Of a DNA stretch of 36,136 bases, positions 32,870 to 36,136 are shown piece by piece; position 1 is the stretch's first letter, and each line of letters opens with the position of its first letter. The position numbers and the translations under genes were made by a program. The DNA lies in IMG/VR virus record IMGVR_UViG_3300036773_000038, positions 1-36,136 of that record; one strand, 5' to 3'. This DNA comes from a virus (lineage: Duplodnaviria > Caudoviricetes). Below the pieces are notes generated by a model that worked only from the letters and a program-made list of their open reading frames with translations, was not told the origin of the DNA and did not search any database.

Positions 32870-34087
32870 ATGACCAACCCCAACGACCCGCAGGCCGTGT
32901 TTGCGGCGTGGCAGGCGCAGCAGGCTCAGGCCGCCGCGCAGGCACCGCAGCAGGCACAGCCCGCGTGGAACCCGAACCCGGTGGCCCCGCCGCAGCAGTT
33001 CGCCCAGCCGATGGCGCCGATGCCCAACCCGTACCCGCAGCCCCCGGCACCGAACCCCTACGCCGGATACCCGCAAGCCGCCCCGCAGCAGTTCGCTCAG
33101 CTCTACCCGCAGTTCGGCTACCAGTCGATGCCGCAGCAGTTCCCGCCAGCGCCCTACCAGCCGCCGATGCCCCCGGCCCCGCCGGTCTCGATGGACGACT
33201 TTTTCAACCAGCCGACCGGGGCCGGTGGCAAGGCGTTCCCGCTGGGCCAGTTGCAGGTGGGTCAGACCGTGCAGTTCGCGGTGGCTCGGGATGTCGGCAA
33301 GGGCGATATCCGGTTGCAGACCGACCGCAACACCAAGCAGCCTCTCGCGCCGCGTGCGGACGGCTCGCGCAAGACCGTGATGGTCGTGCCGGTCCGCGTG
33401 CACCCGGACAACAGCGAGGCGTCGGTGTGGATTCAGGGGACCGCCTGGGACGCGTTGAAGGACGCCATGCACCACGCTGGCTACCCGGACATGATCGCGC
33501 CCAAGGGTGGCGACATGTTCACGATGACCGTGGTGTCGAAGTTCCCCAACTCCTTTGGCACGCAAAGCAACCGGTATCAGTCGGTCTACGCCATCGCACC
33601 GCAGAACGCGGCCCACAAGGACGTGGCCGCCACGTCGGGCCAGCTCCCGAACACGCCGCCGTTCGTCCCGGACGGGAACACCTTTCCGGGCAGCACTCCG
33701 GCACCTGCCGGGCCCGCGGCGAGTCCCGTAACGATGGCCACGCCGCCGGTCAACCTCAACCCGATCCCGGTGCAGTTCCAGGCGCCCGCACCGGTGACGG
33801 CCCCGGCGAACTTCCCGGCCGCCACCCAGCAGGAGGTGGGCCAGTTCGTGGCCGGGGTCAACCCGCCGACCGCGCAGGAGCAGCTCAACGCCACCATCGC
33901 CGCTGCGCATGCCGGGGCGTCCAACCCGGGCGCCTTGAGTCCGCAGGCGCAGCAGATCGCGGCGAACGTGGCCGGTGTCCAGGCTGCGCAGGCGGGGCAG
34001 CAATTGCCTCCCGGCATGAACCTCACGCCGGAAATGCAGGCCGTGCTCGCAGGCTTGCAGGCGGGGCAGACGCCCACCGCGCCGTAA
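32870..34087 (+). CDS. ssDNA-binding-like protein with long Pro/Gln-rich termini
   Basis: Core DDFF...G.GGK...QTD..TKQP...DG..K.VMVVP...VWIQG...A...AG...GG resembles the actinophage SSB family. Confidence 0.65.
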   Translation: MTNPNDPQAVFAAWQAQQAQAAAQAPQQAQPAWNPNPVAPPQQFAQPMAPMPNPYPQPPAPNPYAGYPQAAPQQFAQLYPQFGYQSMPQQFPPAPYQPPMPPAPPVSMDDFFNQPTGAGGKAFPLGQLQVGQTVQFAVARDVGKGDIRLQTDRNTKQPLAPRADGSRKTVMVVPVRVHPDNSEASVWIQGTAWDALKDAMHHAGYPDMIAPKGGDMFTMTVVSKFPNSFGTQSNRYQSVYAIAPQNAAHKDVAATSGQLPNTPPFVPDGNTFPGSTPAPAGPAASPVTMATPPVNLNPIPVQFQAPAPVTAPANFPAATQQEVGQFVAGVNPPTAQEQLNATIAAAHAGASNPGALSPQAQQIAANVAGVQAAQAGQQLPPGMNLTPEMQAVLAGLQAGQTPTAP

Positions 34088-34152
34088 AGCGGTAGGTGGG
34101 AACGCTTGCCGACGGCGACATGTTCGGTCCGCGCCACGACGGTCAACGTGGG

Positions 34153-34219
34153 GGTGCTGTCGACCAACGGAAAGGTCACCCCGGCCAGGGAAATCCCGGT
34201 TCGAATCCGGGCAGCATAC
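34153..34219 (+). ncRNA. tRNA-like RNA with truncated anticodon arm
   Basis: Acceptor GTGCTG/CAGCAT, D arm GACC-AACGGAAA-GGTC, T arm CCCGG-TTCGAAT-CCGGG; the anticodon arm is only CCC-CGGCCA-GGG; no encoded CCA end. Confidence 0.75.
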
Positions 34220-34228
34220 GGAGGACAC

Positions 34229-34370
34229 ATGATCACTATCTACCGGCTCGCCATCGGCCTGGTGCGTCGCCGCCGTTGCCGCCCACCCGGTCATCACCGT
34301 ATTCGTGGCGCTCGCGTTGGCCGTCGGCCTGGCCTGTGTGCGCGGGTTGCGCCACCCCGGAAAGGACTAG
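34229..34370 (+). pseudogene. Small membrane-peptide gene apparently frameshifted near 34265
   Basis: GGAGG RBS, MITIYRLAIGLV; a hydrophobic continuation VAAVAAHPVITVFVALALAVGLACVRGLRHPGKD* with GC-rich third positions lies in the +1 frame. Confidence 0.45.
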
Positions 34371-34377
34371 ACCAGAC

Positions 34378-36136
34378 GTGAGTCAGTTCATCGCGGAGCT
34401 CACCGCGCCCGATCCGCATAAGCGGTTTCGTGAGCTGGTGTTGATCACGCCCGACGGACTGATGGACGAGTCGGAGCGGGCGATCTTGTCCGACGTCACC
34501 CCGGCCAGCCACAAGTCGACGCCGCCCGGCGGGATCGTGTTCCCGGCCACCTGGCCGTCCATGGTCCAGCTGGCGTCGGAAGTGGCCTGGCATACGCTGC
34601 CGCAGCTGCGCGGGGCGATGGCCGCGGAACTCGCCCGGCGGGGCGCCGTCACGCCGGTGGAGAACGCCCTGGGCCTGCGCGCCGACGCGCCACCGCCCCG
34701 GCACTATCAGAAGGTGGGTGCCGGGGTCATCGCCGCGACGGGGGGCGGTCTCGTGTTCGACGACCCCGGCTGTTTATCAGGCGATACTGAACTGATCCTG
34801 AACCGCGCAGGCAGGGGGTTCCGGATGAAAATCCGGGACGTGGTGCGGAAGTTCAATGGCGGTCCGGAGCGCAACCACCGGCACACCTGGGACTTGTCGA
34901 TCCCGACAATGGTGCAGCGTGAGGTGGATGGCGCGATGCGCAGTGGGCGCGTCGTCGGCGCGTGGTCGTCGGGCGTGAAAACCACCTACACGGTTACCAC
35001 CAGTACCGGCCGGACGATACGTGCCACCGACGAGCACCCCTTTCTTACCGACCGGGGCTGGCTGCGACTCGATGAACTGTGTATGGGCGATAAGGTGCAT
35101 GTCCGTGGCACCCAAAAAGGTGACGGAACCCCCCGGGCCAAACGCTACTACCGGGAGCGGGCAGGATTGTACGGCCACCCCTACGCCAATAAACGGGACC
35201 ACAAGCACAGCCCCTACCGGGTACCGGTGCACAGGCTCATCGCAGAGGCGCGTCTCAACGGTATGGAGTACGAAACTTTTGTTACGTGGTGCCGTAACGC
35301 ATCCGCCAATAACCTCGTGTTCATCGACCCGGACGAATTCGCGGTACACCACATCGACCATGATCCGTTGAATAACGACGATATCAATCTTCGCGTCATG
35401 AGTCACCACGATCACCACGTACTGCACGCCATGGAAGGGAAAACCAACCAAGTACTGTTTAAAGTGGCCGCTGAGAGTATCACTGCTATTGAATACTTCG
35501 GCAGGGAAGAGACGTTTGATATCGCGGTAGCGGACGATCCCCACAATTTCGTAGCTAATGGTTTCGTTGTGCACAACACCGGGAAGACGCTCACGGCCAT
35601 CTTGGGGTTGCTCGCCTGCCGGGACCGCGGTCATCTGCCCCTGGCTGCCCCGATCGTTGTCGTGTGTCCCAACTCCGTGATCGACTCGTGGGTGGCCGCC
35701 TGGCACACCTGGACGACCCTGCGCGCGGTGGCCTGGCGGGGCAACGTGGACCGGCGCACCCGGCTCTGCGGCGTCGCCGATGTCTACGTGGTCGGCTACG
35801 CCACCGCGGCGAATGACTTCAGCGCCGATCACGGCACCAGTCACAGCCAGCCCCTGGCCGACCTCCGCGCGCAGGCGATGATCATCGACGAGTGCCATTG
35901 GATTAAGAACCCGGACGCCCTGCGCTCACAGGTGATCCGCAAAGCCGCAGCGGCCATGCCGGTCGTGGTCGGCCTGTCCGGCACGCCGATCACCCACAAC
36001 TCTGCCGATCTCTGGCCGATCCTCTACGCCACGGACAGCGCCAGCTGGCCGTCCCGGGAGCGCTACGTGCGCCGCTACCTGCGCACCGTGCCGGGCGACT
36101 ACGACGAAACCGTGGTCGGACTCAACCCGTTCCGGG
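34378..36136 (+). CDS. SNF2-family (SF2) helicase, intein-interrupted, 3'-truncated by the window end
   Basis: PRHYQ Q-motif, FDDPG/TGKT Walker A split by the intein, VVVCPNSV, IIDECH, LSGTP; open to the window end, so absent from the ORF track. Confidence 0.92.
   Translation, partial: MSQFIAELTAPDPHKRFRELVLITPDGLMDESERAILSDVTPASHKSTPPGGIVFPATWPSMVQLASEVAWHTLPQLRGAMAAELARRGAVTPVENALGLRADAPPPRHYQKVGAGVIAATGGGLVFDDPGCLSGDTELILNRAGRGFRMKIRDVVRKFNGGPERNHRHTWDLSIPTMVQREVDGAMRSGRVVGAWSSGVKTTYTVTTSTGRTIRATDEHPFLTDRGWLRLDELCMGDKVHVRGTQKGDGTPRAKRYYRERAGLYGHPYANKRDHKHSPYRVPVHRLIAEARLNGMEYETFVTWCRNASANNLVFIDPDEFAVHHIDHDPLNNDDINLRVMSHHDHHVLHAMEGKTNQVLFKVAAESITAIEYFGREETFDIAVADDPHNFVANGFVVHNTGKTLTAILGLLACRDRGHLPLAAPIVVVCPNSVIDSWVAAWHTWTTLRAVAWRGNVDRRTRLCGVADVYVVGYATAANDFSADHGTSHSQPLADLRAQAMIIDECHWIKNPDALRSQVIRKAAAAMPVVVGLSGTPITHNSADLWPILYATDSASWPSRERYVRRYLRTVPGDYDETVVGLNPFR
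34771..35577 (+). mobile_element. Intein (269 aa) with HNH homing endonuclease
   Basis: Starts CLSGDT, block B IRATDEHPF, ends HNFVANGFVVHN followed by Thr; internal VHRLIAE...VHHIDHDPLNNDDINL; lower GC than flanks. Confidence 0.95.

Noticed and set aside
34153-34219. Functional tRNA-Gly(GCC), tRNA-Trp(CCA) or YrlA Y RNA
   Set aside because: The anticodon arm is too short and lacks U33; the D-then-T order is that of normal tRNA, not the permuted YrlA layout, and no Ro60 gene is in the window
32639-34297. 552-aa minus-strand Arg-rich ORF
   Set aside because: Shadow of the Pro/Gln-rich SSB-like gene
34777-35898. 373-aa minus-strand ORF
   Set aside because: Antisense to the intein-containing helicase, whose motifs are clear on the plus strand

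Overview
High-GC actinobacteriophage (siphovirus) sequence, probably most of one genome. The minus strand carries a long co-directional block. It starts with a single 1416-aa ORF fusing TOPRIM primase, D5/SF3 helicase and a family-A DNA polymerase, with an ori-like repeat tract in its linker. Next come an HNH gene, a repeat-rich non-coding region (likely cos), TerS, TerL, an Acb2/Tad1-hairpin-like small protein, portal, a multi-domain prohead protease, major capsid, connectors, tail tube, frameshifted tail chaperone, tape measure, minor tail genes and a three-gene membrane cassette. The left 7.5 kb is a mosaic of short divergent cassettes bounded by hairpin terminators: an Ltp-family lipoprotein, GH25-like endolysin, holin, Xis-like HTH, second HNH and a WXG100-like helical pair. 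The right 6 kb is a plus-strand early operon: Cas4-like exonuclease, Pro/Gln-rich SSB-like protein, a tRNA-like RNA with a truncated anticodon arm, and an SNF2 helicase interrupted by an HNH-containing intein. A RuvC-like gene fragment ends at position 168. No integrase or clear repressor is visible. All family assignments come from motif recognition by eye, not database searches.
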